The notes under the pieces were generated by a model, which ran no database searches, had not been told where the DNA came from, and worked only from the letters and a program-made list of their open reading frames with translations. Of a stretch of DNA of 64,000 nt, positions 23,044 to 35,924 are shown in pieces. The first letter of the stretch is position 1; each line of letters begins with the position of its first letter. The stretch is from assembly GCA_965644295.1 (NCBI GenBank), contig CBFFRP010000416.1, forward strand, positions 1 to 64,000, written 5' to 3'. Position numbers and translations under genes: made by a program. The stretch comes from Paraphysomonas bandaiensis. Taxonomy: Eukaryota; Protista; Chrysophyceae.

Positions 23044-24645
23044 ATGAAATTCTCAAGTGTTTTATTTGCTGCTGGTCTTTTAGGTGCTAATGCCTACAGT
23101 GAAGAGGCTCTAGCTGATCAGGTGACTGCTCTGCCTGGTGCAGAGAACCTCGACATTAACTTTAACCAATTTTCTGGTTATTTAACTGGTAATTTATAAA
23201 CATTTATAGAATTTATATGTTTTATATTGTATCTTTTAGTGGATGGTACAAAGCAGATGCATTACTGGTTTGTTGAGTCTATGAATGATCCAGCAAATAG
23301 TCCCTTGGCCTTCTGGACTAATGGTGGGCCGGGATGCTCTGGTCTTCTTGGATTTCTCACTGAGCAGGTTTGTACTTGTGTTTTATTGTTTTCGTAATTA
23401 TAACTTGTGTTTAGGGTCCGTTTCGTCCTAACGAAGATATGTCCCTTAGCTTCAATGAGTATGCCTGGAACCAGGTAGCCAATATGGTTTTCATCGAGTC
23501 TCCTTGTGGTGTGGGTTACTCTTATTCCACCGCTGAGGATACATCCGAGGATTATAAGATGGACGATGCCGAGACAGCTGCTGATAACTACAAATTGATC
23601 CAGGCCTTCCTTTCACGCTTCCCTGAATACAAGGACAACTCTCTGTACATCTCCTCCGAGTCATACGGTGGACACTATATGCCTACTCTCGCCAAGCAGA
23701 TTGTTGACGAAAATACAGCTGGTGAGAACCCGAAGCTTAACTTTAAGGGATTTGCTGTTGGTAATCCTTTTACTGAAACGTACTCCGGTTTCCCGGCAAT
23801 GCTTGAGACTTACTGGGGACATCAACTGATTGGTGCTCCTGTGTGGAGCACGTTCAACACTGAATGCGTCGATGCCAAACTGCCGAACATGACTTTGTGT
23901 GAGGCTCTTTTCTACGATATGTACTTGGGTGTCGGGAATATCAATCCTTATGCCATCGACTACCCTGTATGTACTGACAGTATTAGACGTGGCGGTAGGG
24001 GTCAGAGGCACGCCCTCCTGAAAAACATCATCGGTAGGCTACTCTTTGTATAGTATACGGAACAGTTGTGTGATTTTCTATATGTATAGGTGACAGAAAC
24101 CAGAAGTTATATGAGGCTATGCTTGGTTCTGATGAGTATGAGCCATGTGAGGACGACTGGGCCACCTCTTACATGAACCTTCCCGAGGTGAAGAAGGCTA
24201 TCCACGTTAATCCTGATATTGAATGGGCTGAGTGCAGCCGATCCATCAGGTAAATGTCATAGTTTTCGCTGGTTAATATGAACTGACTTTTCTTCTCTTC
24301 AGATACAAGCAAGCTGACGGCCATAACTCCATGGTCCCCATCTATACATACCTCATTGATGGCGGATATGATCTCGATATTCTCGTTTTCAGCGGTGACG
24401 ATGATGCAGTTTGTGGAACTGTAGGTGTGCAGCACTGGATTTGGGAGCTCGGATATGAAGTAACTGGCCGCATGTACCAGTCCTACGAGGTTGCTGGCCA
24501 AATGGCAGGATATGCTACTAAGTGGGCGGGTGCAAAATTGGGCTTCGTTACCGTGCATGGTGCTGGGCATGAAGTACCAACCTACAAACCTGAGGTTGCC
24601 CTCGAACTGTGGAAGAAGTATCTTGCTGGGGAGTGGACCAATTAG
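23044..24645 (+). CDS. Serine carboxypeptidase, family S10, secreted (about 5 exons)
   Basis: Signal peptide, [23 protein letters not shown] (catalytic Ser), SGDDDAVC and GAGHEVP (catalytic His). Short GT-AG introns. Confidence 0.95.
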
Positions 24646-25487
24646 AATCCGTGTTCGGATCTAGTTGAGAAAATTTTACCACGAGTATGTGGTCACGATG
24701 TCGAGTATATAAACGGTATTAAGTGTGAATATGGGATCAGATTGTAAGCGTTTAGATTCTGTCTTCATTTGAAGTTACGTTACATGTATGTCAGGGTTGT
24801 TATATGATATAATAACTATGCTTGACACGCTTGTATTATTTCTAATTAAAATGTTCTTGACTTCTACTTCAAATACAATTAGTTTGGTTTTTAATTTCAA
24901 TGATATGCAGAGCGATGATTGGGCATGACCTACTTCAATGCAGTACTCAGTCACTTGAATGTTCAATACCACTACAATCTGCAAGCAGCATAAAATCAAT
25001 CATAACAGGCGATGAGTGTCCCGAAGCTAGTACTAACAACTACTATGTCATATTTTTCATTCCGTTACTTGATCCACAATCACACTCTTAAGACCCTCTG
25101 TATGTATATAGCATATAGATATGACATAGTAGATGTTAGTACGTATATAGGATATAGTATATAGACATTGCCTCATATCTTATATGGAATATGGACTATT
25201 GATATTTCCCTAACAATCCTCTTCACTTTAATGAGATCACCATCACATACACTATCAGTAATCACTAAAGCCAGGATATCCTTATATCTGTGCAGACATA
25301 TGTCCCATATCCCATATCCCATATATACCTCATATGTATTTTTGTTGTGCTTGTAAAATAACAGTCAGTTTAGTGAATATAAAGCACGTTTTCATCCCTA
25401 TAAAAGGCAAAAGATTTTTTCATCCCGCGTATTCGTTAATCTACAATACAAGAACAATCTAACGACTTAGACAACACTTGATACTAC

Positions 25488-25860
25488 CACCTCATCGATA
25501 CGTTCTTGGTACAGCATGTTTAAGAAGTTTTGAATATACACTTGTCGTGGCGATTTGAAAACAATAACACCCGTTATAGAGTACAAGCTCTAACGCAGAA
25601 ATTCGTTTTCACAACCTTAAGTCAAAAAGAACTGTTTGCTGTCAAAAATACTCCATGTTGCTCATGATAAAATATGGTCCTGGTGAAAAAGAGGCATAGC
25701 ACCGAGATGTACCAATAGTGCTTTTTGGCTAAAGGTTGTGAAATACGATTACAGTGTTGGAGCTTGTATTCTATATGGGTGCCGTTTTTCTCAAATTATC
25801 ATGACCATTGTACTTATAGAGCTTCTTAAACATGCATACCAAGAATGTATCGATGTAGTG
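25488..25860. mobile_element. Degenerate foldback/MITE-like element with ~145-bp inverted arms
   Basis: 25488-25637 is the imperfect reverse complement of 25713-25860 (for example CATCGATAC(G/A)TTCTTGGTA and TTTCACAACCTT). No clear TSD. Confidence 0.75.
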
Positions 25861-26736
25861 ATCCATTTCTTCGAAAGATGCATTTGATATTCTGTTAAGT
25901 TTTCTGTAGTTGTGTTGCTTTCATGCCGCAGGAGGAATTTATGGATTCTGTCTTCATACGCAGATCCTCATATTTTGGGTATGTATAAAATCTATCCAGT
26001 TGGACTGAGTTGTCTATAGTCGCCACTGAATGCATATCTTGTGATTGTTTAATACCTACGCCATTCGTATACTCGGCTTGTAGTCCCAGCTCTTGTCTTC
26101 TTCTCTTTGGTAGATTTCCATCATATCATTTTCGGTATTCATTGTAAGGGTTGTGCTAATTTCTAGTATGAGGTGAGGATTATGTAAAGGTCCAAAGCTT
26201 GTCCCAGTTGCATCAAGTGTTGTCCAAGCCGTTGAAGTATATCAACATGTTGTGTTTTTTAATGATAAACAACGAAAAAAGGGGGATTTTTTTGCTTGTT
26301 ACAACATAGAAATGGCAATTTCTATATACAAAGTAGGAATTCCTACAGGAGTGCTATGCATTTTTGTAAAATACTGAGAAATATGTCAAATACCGGGAAT
26401 TTTACTATACTGAAATGAACACTACTACAAATCCTGTATGTTGAAGTAGTATACTCTGTATACCAGTATACGGTGCAGTGAATGCAGCAGTACATACATC
26501 TGTTCGACATGTATGTCGACCAACGAACATTCTCATATATAATGAGTATGAGTATGTATATGTATGTGTATGTGTATGTACAGAGTATGTGTATGTGTAT
26601 GTATGTGTATTCATATGTATGTATACGCGTCGCATAACTATGATATGATACACATATATATATATATGATCTAATCATACTCTGACGGTCAATACATACA
26701 TACCAATTGATTAATAATCACCCGAACATCAATCCA

Positions 26737-28179
26737 ATGATGAGCGATGGAGATGATGAAGTTCCTGAGTCCAATGAGGTGATAAATAGTCCCTCAGAAG
26801 AGCTCACAGAGGAGCCACTGGATAATACAGCTGATCCCTGTAATATAGACAATACCTCACCCTCTGATACATCAGAAACACCTGTTCCTATCACCACTAA
26901 GGTGATGAGTGTGGCGGCATCAGCCAGTAAGACTGTTGTAAGCTCAGCTAGTGCAGCAGCTAAGATCACAGGAGAGGCTTGGAAGAAGACAGCGGCATCT
27001 GCGGGTGAAGTATTAAATAAAGACAAAGAGAAATCTGGAGGAGAGAAAACTGGAAATGATAAAGAAGGGGAGAAATCAGCTAGTGGTGAGGAGAAGGAGG
27101 GTATGTGGGGACAGGTCAGGCGGGTGTCTGGTACAGTCTCAGGTACTCTTGCTACCTCTGCCAGCAAAGCTTGGTCCACGACTACGAGCACGATTGCTAA
27201 GGTCACACAACCGGAAAATAAAACAGCAGGCAAAGCAGTGGCTACGGAAGAGGGTAAGACGGATGCTGATGAGAGTTCTGGTGATGACGTTCGTGAACCT
27301 GCGGATACTGCCTCGGAGGACCCTACAGTTCGAGGTTCTTCAAGTGATGAAAACACAACCACGGAGCCCCCTGTGGAAGGTCGAAAACGGGGTGACTCTG
27401 TGACAAAACTCTGGTCGTCAGTGCGCCGCCTGTCGGCGACAGCTGCGGACAGTATTGTAGAGGGTGCTAAGGAGGCATATAAAGTCGCTGAACCCGTTGC
27501 TGTTTCGACAGCATCCAAGGTCTCCCATAGTGCGCAAACTGCCTGGAGTGTGACGAGGGACTCTACTGTGAGTGTGGTTGAGAGAGTGAGAGCAAGAGCT
27601 CGTCGGGAGGAAAACCAGAGTGTGGAAGGATCTGTAGATGGGGGCTCTAATGCAGACACAAACTCCCTTAACCCTGAGGTGAGTGGCAGTCAGGTCAGCA
27701 GCGTCGACGGAGATGCTGTAGGAGCAGTGGAAAGTGACCTAGCCCGCATAGAAGAGACAAAGGAGGAGGAACAGAGTGAGGCAGAGAAAGCGCTGGAGGA
27801 ACCATTGGAGAAGGAGGCCGAAGTGATTCCCCCGTCTACTGAGCCTGTGGAGGTCTCCCCATCAAAATCGACCTCTGAACCACCGGCTTCAGCAGAGCCA
27901 GAAGTGGTAGAAACATCAAAAGAGGAGGCAGTAGAACCTGCAGTATCTACATCTGAACCACCGGCTTCAGCAGAGTCTGAAGTGGTAGAAACATCAAAAG
28001 AGGAGGCAGTAGACCCTGCAGTATCTACATCTGAACCACCGGCTTCAGCAGTGTCTGAAGTGGTAGAAACATCAAAAGAGGAGACAGTAGAACCTACAGT
28101 ATCAGATCCAACATCAGAAGGAGAAGATGTACCTCAAACAGCATCAGAGGAACCCGGAAGTGAATGCCAAAAGGATTAG
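26737..28179 (+). CDS. Acidic, low-complexity protein with Ala/Ser/Thr amphipathic segments and C-terminal 26-aa repeats
   Basis: 480-aa ORF with ATG, rich in E/S/T/A. Three 78-nt repeats at about 27868-28103. Confidence 0.8.
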   Translation: MMSDGDDEVPESNEVINSPSEELTEEPLDNTADPCNIDNTSPSDTSETPVPITTKVMSVAASASKTVVSSASAAAKITGEAWKKTAASAGEVLNKDKEKSGGEKTGNDKEGEKSASGEEKEGMWGQVRRVSGTVSGTLATSASKAWSTTTSTIAKVTQPENKTAGKAVATEEGKTDADESSGDDVREPADTASEDPTVRGSSSDENTTTEPPVEGRKRGDSVTKLWSSVRRLSATAADSIVEGAKEAYKVAEPVAVSTASKVSHSAQTAWSVTRDSTVSVVERVRARARREENQSVEGSVDGGSNADTNSLNPEVSGSQVSSVDGDAVGAVESDLARIEETKEEEQSEAEKALEEPLEKEAEVIPPSTEPVEVSPSKSTSEPPASAEPEVVETSKEEAVEPAVSTSEPPASAESEVVETSKEEAVDPAVSTSEPPASAVSEVVETSKEETVEPTVSDPTSEGEDVPQTASEEPGSECQKD

Positions 28180-28898
28180 AATTTTCGCCTGCTGTCATCG
28201 TTACAGGTCGACTAAAGTGCATGCAGACTAGCCAGTGTTGTACAATATGGGTAACTTTGTAATAGGTTTTGACATGTTTAACACACGGATGACTATTGCA
28301 TTGTAATTTTTGTTGTAGTACTGTTTCACATATCTTGTTGGTGTTTTGATAGAATTGAACACTGGCATTGACATGACGTATTATTGGTAAGAAATATCTT
28401 TGAAGTTATTCAGAATTGTTTTTGATACATTAGCTAACCGACTTCATTCTGATTTCAAAGGCATTATTAGAAAGAGTTACTGTTGAGTGATAGTCAACAA
28501 TACTATTGTCTTCTGTCTAATTCTACATTTTCTTGATATTTCAAGGAGACACATATTCAGTAGTAGTGAATATATTATTATTAGCAATAGGCGTTTAAGA
28601 GTCCGAACTAATTTAGCATTACAATTCTATTCTCCTATTGATGACTGAAAAGCTGAAAAGATATCCATGATTGCAACTTAATAAATTTAGAAATCTCCGT
28701 ATAAGTTGTCTGTGTTCATGGGAATGAAAGGCTCGCTTGACAATGTAACAAATGTATACTACGCTACATGCAATGCATTGTCAACAGCAAGCTGGAGTGA
28801 TAGTAGATAGTAGTATGTAGTTCTGTCATATTATTATATCTGGTTATTTAGCAATAGACAGGTATGTGTAAACTATACAAAAATCTATCTAGTACTTA

Positions 28899-30065
28899 TA
28901 TTGAAAGTCTTGTTATTAGCAATAGGCGTTAAAAATCTGCACCGATTTAGTAGCTAGATGAATGATAGACAAACTAGTTAGACCTCTACCTTTAACTAAT
29001 CAGTACACACATTTTTATTCTACTATTTAACGCTACGGAAGCTCCTTGTGCGTCGCCGCAAGCACCAAGGTGCGACCACTTCCGCTCTGAGTTCTTAAGG
29101 TGAACATCCCGGATGCTTGACTTCAGCAGGCAGCCCAATACCCAGGTTACCTTTCAGGTGGGCTCATTCCCATGGATGCCTGTTTATTCGCCAGGGCTCA
29201 AAGACGTCTACACAAGTGACACTTATTGGTGTACCTTGCCACACAACTGGCCGACGCATTCGGACGCCACATATCCAGTTCACTGCCCGAACATCAGTTC
29301 CACGCCCTCGAAAAATCCGTAACCGCTATCCTGCTTCCCCTATATGATGGAGGGCTCCTCATGCTTTGAAACAGAAGACTCAGACACCACAACGCAGACA
29401 TGACACCAGTAACACCGATTACGACCCCAACACACTCACATCAACGCCAGTCACAGGATACTCACCCGACACCAAAAATACTCCAACTACTCCAAGCGAC
29501 ATCCACCCCAAGAATTCTATCCTCTGCAAGAGTCCTAACCCGACAGAGACAAGCGCCACCACTCCGGAAACAACTCCTCCTTACTCGTGGCCGAAATCCC
29601 ACCTCGACAACCAGCACCATCTCCACCACCGACTTACACTCCCATATACATCTACTAGCCCCAACTATCCCCCGTATAACCCATGTCACAGGCCCGCCAG
29701 ACACACTGCCCAAAGGCAGACCCCCCGATTAACCTCACTGCAAGGGACGGTTGCACCATGGTGCTCGCAGCGATGGACAAGTAGTCCCGAGACGGTTGCC
29801 CGCCACTAGTAGTATATAGCAAGTCTAGTTACTAGTTAGTATTATATAGATGCAAAACTAGTTTCTGTACACAACCGTTCTCGTGTAATAATCAGATTTT
29901 CTTATATATTGGTGTACCTTGTACCACACAAGCATTCGGCTATGTGTGGGCAGAAGAATATCTGCTGACTATGTTTGCGGCTCAAGTTAGTTTCCCAGAG
30001 AGAATCTCTCTGGTACTTACCCTCCAGAACACCACGAAAAGGTGCGAGTCCGACTCTGCTGAGGG
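28899..30065 (-). mobile_element. Full-length SINE-like copy (middle layer), interrupted by a LINE fragment
   Basis: 12-bp TSD ATCTAGTACTTA at 28887-28898 and 30066-30077. Its two halves (28899-29238 and 29907-30065) match 9952-10461 in reverse. Confidence 0.9.
29239..29906 (+). mobile_element. 5'-truncated non-LTR retrotransposon (LINE) 3' end
   Basis: 15-bp TSD TATTGGTGTACCTTG at 29224-29238 and 29907-29921. C-rich coding remnant ending ...KGRPPD* (29732), then a 3' UTR homologous to the SINE tail. No RT domain is present, so the clade is unknown. Confidence 0.75.
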
Positions 30066-30666
30066 ATCTAGTACTTAATACTAATATCCTGCTATTTAGC
30101 GCTACGAAAGCTGCTTGTGCGTCACCGCAAGCACCAACGTGTAACCACCTCCGCTTTAAATCTATAACTCAAAAAGCAAACGCAGTGAGCAAGCAGAATG
30201 TTGATATACCTGGAATAACTGCCGACTTCAGGAATTTTGAGTCCTTAAAAATAACTGCCCGGATGCTTGATTTCAGCAGGTATCCCAAACCCCGGATGCC
30301 TGTGTATTCGTCAGGGCCCAAAGACATCTACACAAGTGACACTTATTACTGTCCCTTGTACCACACAAGTATTAGGCAATGAGTGGGCTGAAAATAATCT
30401 GCCGAGTATATATGCGGCTCACGTTAGTTTCCCAGAGAATTGACCCATTCTACATTTTATGTGTTGTATCAAGAAAAAATTTCATAGTTAAGGACAATAT
30501 ATACTTTATAGTGGTATATAGTAGCGTATTAAACAGTGACGCATTATAAATCACGCAATGTTAGACTCAACTTGTGCAAATAAGACAAGGAGGTGTGAGT
30601 ATCTTTGTTGAAGGGCCCCATCGTTGTATCACACATCATGTCTGTGTGATATATGTCCTCTTTAAG

Positions 30667-31645
30667 ATGGAAACACTCTTTAAACAACACATGTCCAGAT
30701 ATGACGAACCATATCAAGGAAAGCGCATACACTGTGCAGTCGGGACAGTCCTTACGATACCTCGTATATATACTATTCTACTCAGCAATCATATATTTCA
30801 CCATAAAATATTTGGTGTACCAATCATACGTAATATGTACACCTCTCGAGATTCATACAACGGGTGTCTGAATTTCTTCTCACAAGAGGATCGCATTCAT
30901 AGGGGTCATATCATCCCTAGAGTGAAACATATATATAATCCTAATCCTAATTCTATTAATCGAATGAGAGAAGTTGAACCCCGTATACAAGATCATAAAT
31001 ATTATCTCCAGCATTTGAAGGAACAAGATGCTCTTCGTCTTTTTAAGATTATGATGGAGACTGTAGAAGATATACTAGTGGACCCCGTGTTATACGATGA
31101 TCGCATGCAGCCACTAGTAGTATTTAGCTAATCTAGTTATTACTGTAGTTAGTCTATAGATATAAACTAGTTTCTGTACACAACCGTTCTCATGTAATAA
31201 TCAGACTTTCCTATATGATCGCATGCAAAGTTTTGATAACCTACCAGAAATAAACTCAAAGATTATCATTAATACTGATACCCAGAATATAGAGAATTTG
31301 TACCAAGCCTTTCCGCACATCGACAAGTCCGTCCTTGCGAATATAGCGTTCATATTTTCAATTGATTCTATCTATTGGCCACCACTACATCCTCAGATGT
31401 CAGTTATGAATCTGTCTATTGCTGGATTTACTCGACCACTCACTTCGTCCTCGACACATGTTGGGGACGACAAACCTGGCCAATTTGATAACGATGACTC
31501 ATGGGAGATCATTAGTGAATCCCTCTTAGTATCTTCAGATACAACATTCCCAACGTTCTCATACAAAGACGCTCTATTATCAATGCCGAATGAAGACTTC
31601 ACAATCGATTACATGCAGAATTATGCTGAACGTGTAAAATGGTAG
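30667..31645 (+). CDS. Hypothetical gene split by a 105-bp retroelement tail, with a possible CUE-like motif
   Basis: The ORFs 30574-31131 and 31223-31645 join in frame (DDRMQ|SFDNL) once the insert and one TSD copy are removed. IENLYQAFPHIDKSVL is CUE-like. Confidence 0.55.
31110..31214 (+). mobile_element. Severely 5'-truncated LINE tail (105 bp)
   Basis: Matches ~29802-29906. 13-bp TSD ATGATCGCATGCA at 31097-31109 and 31215-31227. Confidence 0.92.
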
Positions 31646-33406
31646 AGTTGTCTCTACATACCAAAGTTGTAACTACAGGTAGGTTCGCTGAAAATATAGT
31701 TTATATTTTATATTACTGTGGTAAGTTATATATTTCAGAGAATCCAGCCAAGAATGTACAGTACCATGACTATGATGACTGCCTCTACCGTTTTACTGGG
31801 TACGGTGAGCCTGTTGCGTGTGCACTGCAAGTCAGATATGTTCATGTAAAAGCCTCACACACCAGAAAGAAAAGAACGAACACAAAATATTACAGATGTA
31901 GAGCTATTAGTACTTATATGATGAATATATCAAGCAATATTACAAACTGAAGCAATTTGTATGCATGACTTTTGAAGATATAGTATCATCACTCAAAGCA
32001 ATATATTGTCATTGATGTCTTGTATTATATGACAAATTTTAATCCAGCTGATCTATACTCTAATACTTCAAGTATGGCATGTATGCATGTACTGCTTTTG
32101 AAGTACTTCTATAGTCACTATTTCGCTAATTAAGTTGGTTAATTAGTAATTCAAGTACATGGTTGGTAACGTTGAAGAATAAATATCAAGAGATAACCCG
32201 AACGCCATTGATGATTGATGATTACTGCCAGCAAGGTCATGTTCACCTTCCCGTCCCCTAACAAAGATTACGCGGAGCTTCTCGTTACTAGGAATGCCTC
32301 TGTACAGCCAGGCCTAGCGTGGCATTGGCTGAGACCCTTCTTCCCCTAGAATGCGCGGGATTTCTTGTAATCCTGTATAGACTATGCAAGTATAATGTAG
32401 ATGTGTAGATCTAGCAGGAGCTTGCTTGTCACCACATACACAAAATACATCGGGATTTTAATAAAAATCTATACATGTCTTAATTGAATCAACACTAGGA
32501 CTTTACTAGAGCGCTCTCTCGGAATGAGGCAATTACATATCCTGATTGACACTAATTACTAATAATATCTTCGACACTTGGTTGTTATGAATGCACATTC
32601 TGTATATTGAATATAAGCTTAAAAGGGTTTTGTTCATATGTTAGTGGAGTTTCCGTGAGTAGAGCAGGAAGTATGGGAATAATAATAGCTTGGAATAGAT
32701 GTCTTAGTCATACTCACTGTGTTGCCACCTCACTTCGAGCAGACTCGACGCTTGGTTTGAACTAGTAACATACACAGACAGTATCCAGCAGCACCATCTA
32801 CTCCTCTATGAACCAGTGAAACACTATATCATACAGAGCCATGAGGTGACATGACTCTACTCATAGACCTCTACTGTGTATGTATGTATCTGTTACAGTG
32901 ATCGCGGTAACAAACATGTAGATGTATATATACATGAGCTTATAGATATATGCCGTTACATGTGCTGTTGATCATCATCAGAAAGATGATAGCAGTGATC
33001 TTACGAGTGTCTGGCTATAAGATGTATATACGAACGACAATATATATAGATAGATGTATGTATGTGTAAGTGTGTATATATTAGTATATGCATGTATGTG
33101 TGTGTATGCATGTGTGTATGCATGTATGTGTGTGTCATGTGTGTATGTAGGTGTATGTATGTGTTCGTGTGTGTGTGTGTTAGTTGAATCTCCTCATGTC
33201 TAGCAGCTTACAGTGTTTGCTATATGTCTTTACCATACAGCAGTAGATATATATGGTCAGGTGAAGTGTTGAATATCTTCTTGTTAACTTCATCATTCCA
33301 CTTCCACTCCCCCTATAGATACTACTCCACACTGCTGTCATATGCACAATTGTACCACAGTAATACATTTATATTACATACATGATACACATCTATCAGT
33401 TCTCAA

Positions 33407-33478
33407 TCCCGATTAGTCCAGTGGTTAGGATATGGCCCTTTCAAGGCTGAGACCCGGGTTCAATTCCCGGATCGGGAA
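33407..33478 (+). tRNA. tRNA-Glu(TTC)
   Basis: Cloverleaf TCCCGAT...ATCGGGA, anticodon loop CT-TTC-AA, GTTCAA T-loop, T-run terminator. Confidence 0.96.
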
Positions 33479-33567
33479 ATCTCTTTTTTCACACAACCAC
33501 AATACTGTCATAGCTTATGGGAATGGATTTATATAGTATACATTTTTTGGTGTATAATATATCGATC

Positions 33568-33639
33568 TCCCGATTAGTCCAGTGGTTAGGATATGGCCCT
33601 TTCAAGGCTGAGACCCGGGTTCAATTCCCGGATCGGGAA
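33568..33639 (+). tRNA. tRNA-Glu(TTC)
   Basis: Identical to 33407-33478. T-run terminator. Confidence 0.96.
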
Positions 33640-35924
33640 TTTTTTTTTATTCTCTCGACTTTTAAAAAAAAGACGCATTCTATTTTTTTCAGTTTGTACA
33701 ATTGAATGTATCTGTGTAGGTTGTACTCGTAGCATAGTGTGTATGTATGTAAATATCTGTCTGTCTCTTCACTTTAACAATAACATTTACACTATTCTAC
33801 ATCTCAATCTGCACGTTCCCCATTGTGAGGGTGTACCCTACTCCAGTGGTAGTGTTGATTAACCTAAGCAATGCATAGATCTATATTAATCCCGGCATAT
33901 TAGCTGCAGTTGATCTACAGCGTAATCGCATAGTCCATACATGATTGCGACAAACCCCGCGAATTCTAGTGGAGTAGTGGCTCAGTCAATGTCATAATAG
34001 GCCTATACTGAAACATTCAGGGTCACGAGAAACTCCGTAGTATAATGATTAATACCTGTGATATTACAACCATGCAAACCGATAGGAATAATAATGCTAT
34101 TGATGTATTCGACATACAACACAGCAGCATTATTACTTAAACCAGTTGGCATGGTCGTAATATCAGTTTGTATATCCGCAATATCATCAGTATTAATCAT
34201 TATATCAGTAGCATTTGTTACTTATATCAGGTTACATTGTCATAATGTCGCTTTCAAAACATATGTTATGGGACGGGAAGGTGAACATGGCCTTGACGTA
34301 AAGAAGACATACATTGCTATGAGAAATCCCAAGTTACCTTTGTGAAGGCAAACACAGGTGGGAAAGTAGGGTGGCTCTCACAAATTCTGCGCGCGATCTA
34401 TATAGTCAGCGATGACAGTAAATGGGTGGACGGGTGTCTGACAGCGTAGCAAAGCAAGCAAGAATAAGAAGAATCTAGGGTTATACTGGTGCGCCAGCGA
34501 GCGTACACCGTGGGAATGTGGCATTATTTAATGTCTCTGCTCCTCTACTCTCATATGCTTCAATGAAGTTTCTTCAGGTTTGATGTTCAAGAGCGTATTA
34601 ATTAACTACCATACAGGACTGACTGAAAGAGTAGTGGACACTTCATAGGGAATAATGAGCATAATACACGCGAACGGTTAAGATTGTTGGATGTCGTCAG
34701 AGATAGATCTATTTATCTCACTGGCGTAAAATAGTGCTAGTTCTGTGTATGAGTGAAGTGGGAGGGTGTTGTACGTACTGTGGAGGTGTATATTGCAATA
34801 AGTGGAACTATCACTCCGTAAATGCTACATGACGGCCTCAATAACTAAGAGTGTGGTCCTTACCTTGTCATATATGATACATATACGCTTGTAATATATA
34901 TTATTGCATTTTACAAATCCTTGTATCGTACATTAAAGGTAGTAAAGCTATATTTAACTACCAATTTTAAAGGAATTTTGTGAGTTGACTATAAACGCAT
35001 GCCTTTCTATATGACCCAAATGATCAGTGGTCTCTGAAAATACACCACATTAAAAAGAGATCTGTGGAGTCAATTTTACTTGGTAATATATCACACAAAT
35101 GGTAATGAAGTTTTGTATGGTTATTACGTCATTACACACACAGTTACTTCAACTGTAGTTTCGTAGTTACACCCAAGTTAATATAGAGATAGAGAGCAAT
35201 CACATTACTCATTAGAGTTGAATATACAATACTAGTCACGTTCAATACTACTACTTAGTGATTACATAATTTTTATTTTGTCAGTACTTTTCGTATTATG
35301 AATCCTTTTTTCTGTGGTTCTGCTAAGCTTCTGGCTGAGAAAACCCTAAATGCTAAATGCTGTATGCTATTGTTTCACTACTACTTAAGGTAGAAGATAT
35401 GTAATATATCACTTATGACATTTCTCATGTGGGTATACTATTAAGTGTCACGAAATGCTTGCCAGTTTTCTGTTTGTTGCGTTTTTCATATGAGCAATAA
35501 AATCAGTGAATGACAGTAAAGTGTTATAGAAACTGAATGAAAGCAATATTCAATCTTGTAGTTATGATTTTAAATTTTATATCTGCCAAGTAAATCTAAA
35601 ACGTAAATACTACAGATATAATGGGGCAAGGTAGATGTAGCATTCCTTTTCAAAGTGCTGTATTATCACCTTTCATAGAGTTGTTAACAAAAGGCACATG
35701 CCAAACCGATCATTTTTGAAAAATATGCATACATAATAAAGACTTACAAGCTCTAAACTTAATGCAGTACTCAAATTTCATTCATTCGGTATTGTTTGTT
35801 TTCAGTTTCGACTACATAGCAACGATAGACCCAACAGTCATTTGACGTTACCGATTATACCATACAAACAACCCTTACAATACCCGAAATTAACTAAACA
35901 CAGCAATAAATACCAACCCGAACG

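Larger units (their letters stand above)
28840..30440 (-). mobile_element. Older SINE-like copy (outer layer of a triple nest)
   Basis: Family sequence at 28840-28898 resumes at 30066-30440 on either side of the inner copy. Boundaries approximate. Confidence 0.75.

Noticed and set aside
32190-32345. Ankyrin-like remnant (TPLMI..CQQGHV..YAELLV)
   Set aside because: Short, frameshifted and overlapping the 32-bp inverted repeat, so it cannot be supported
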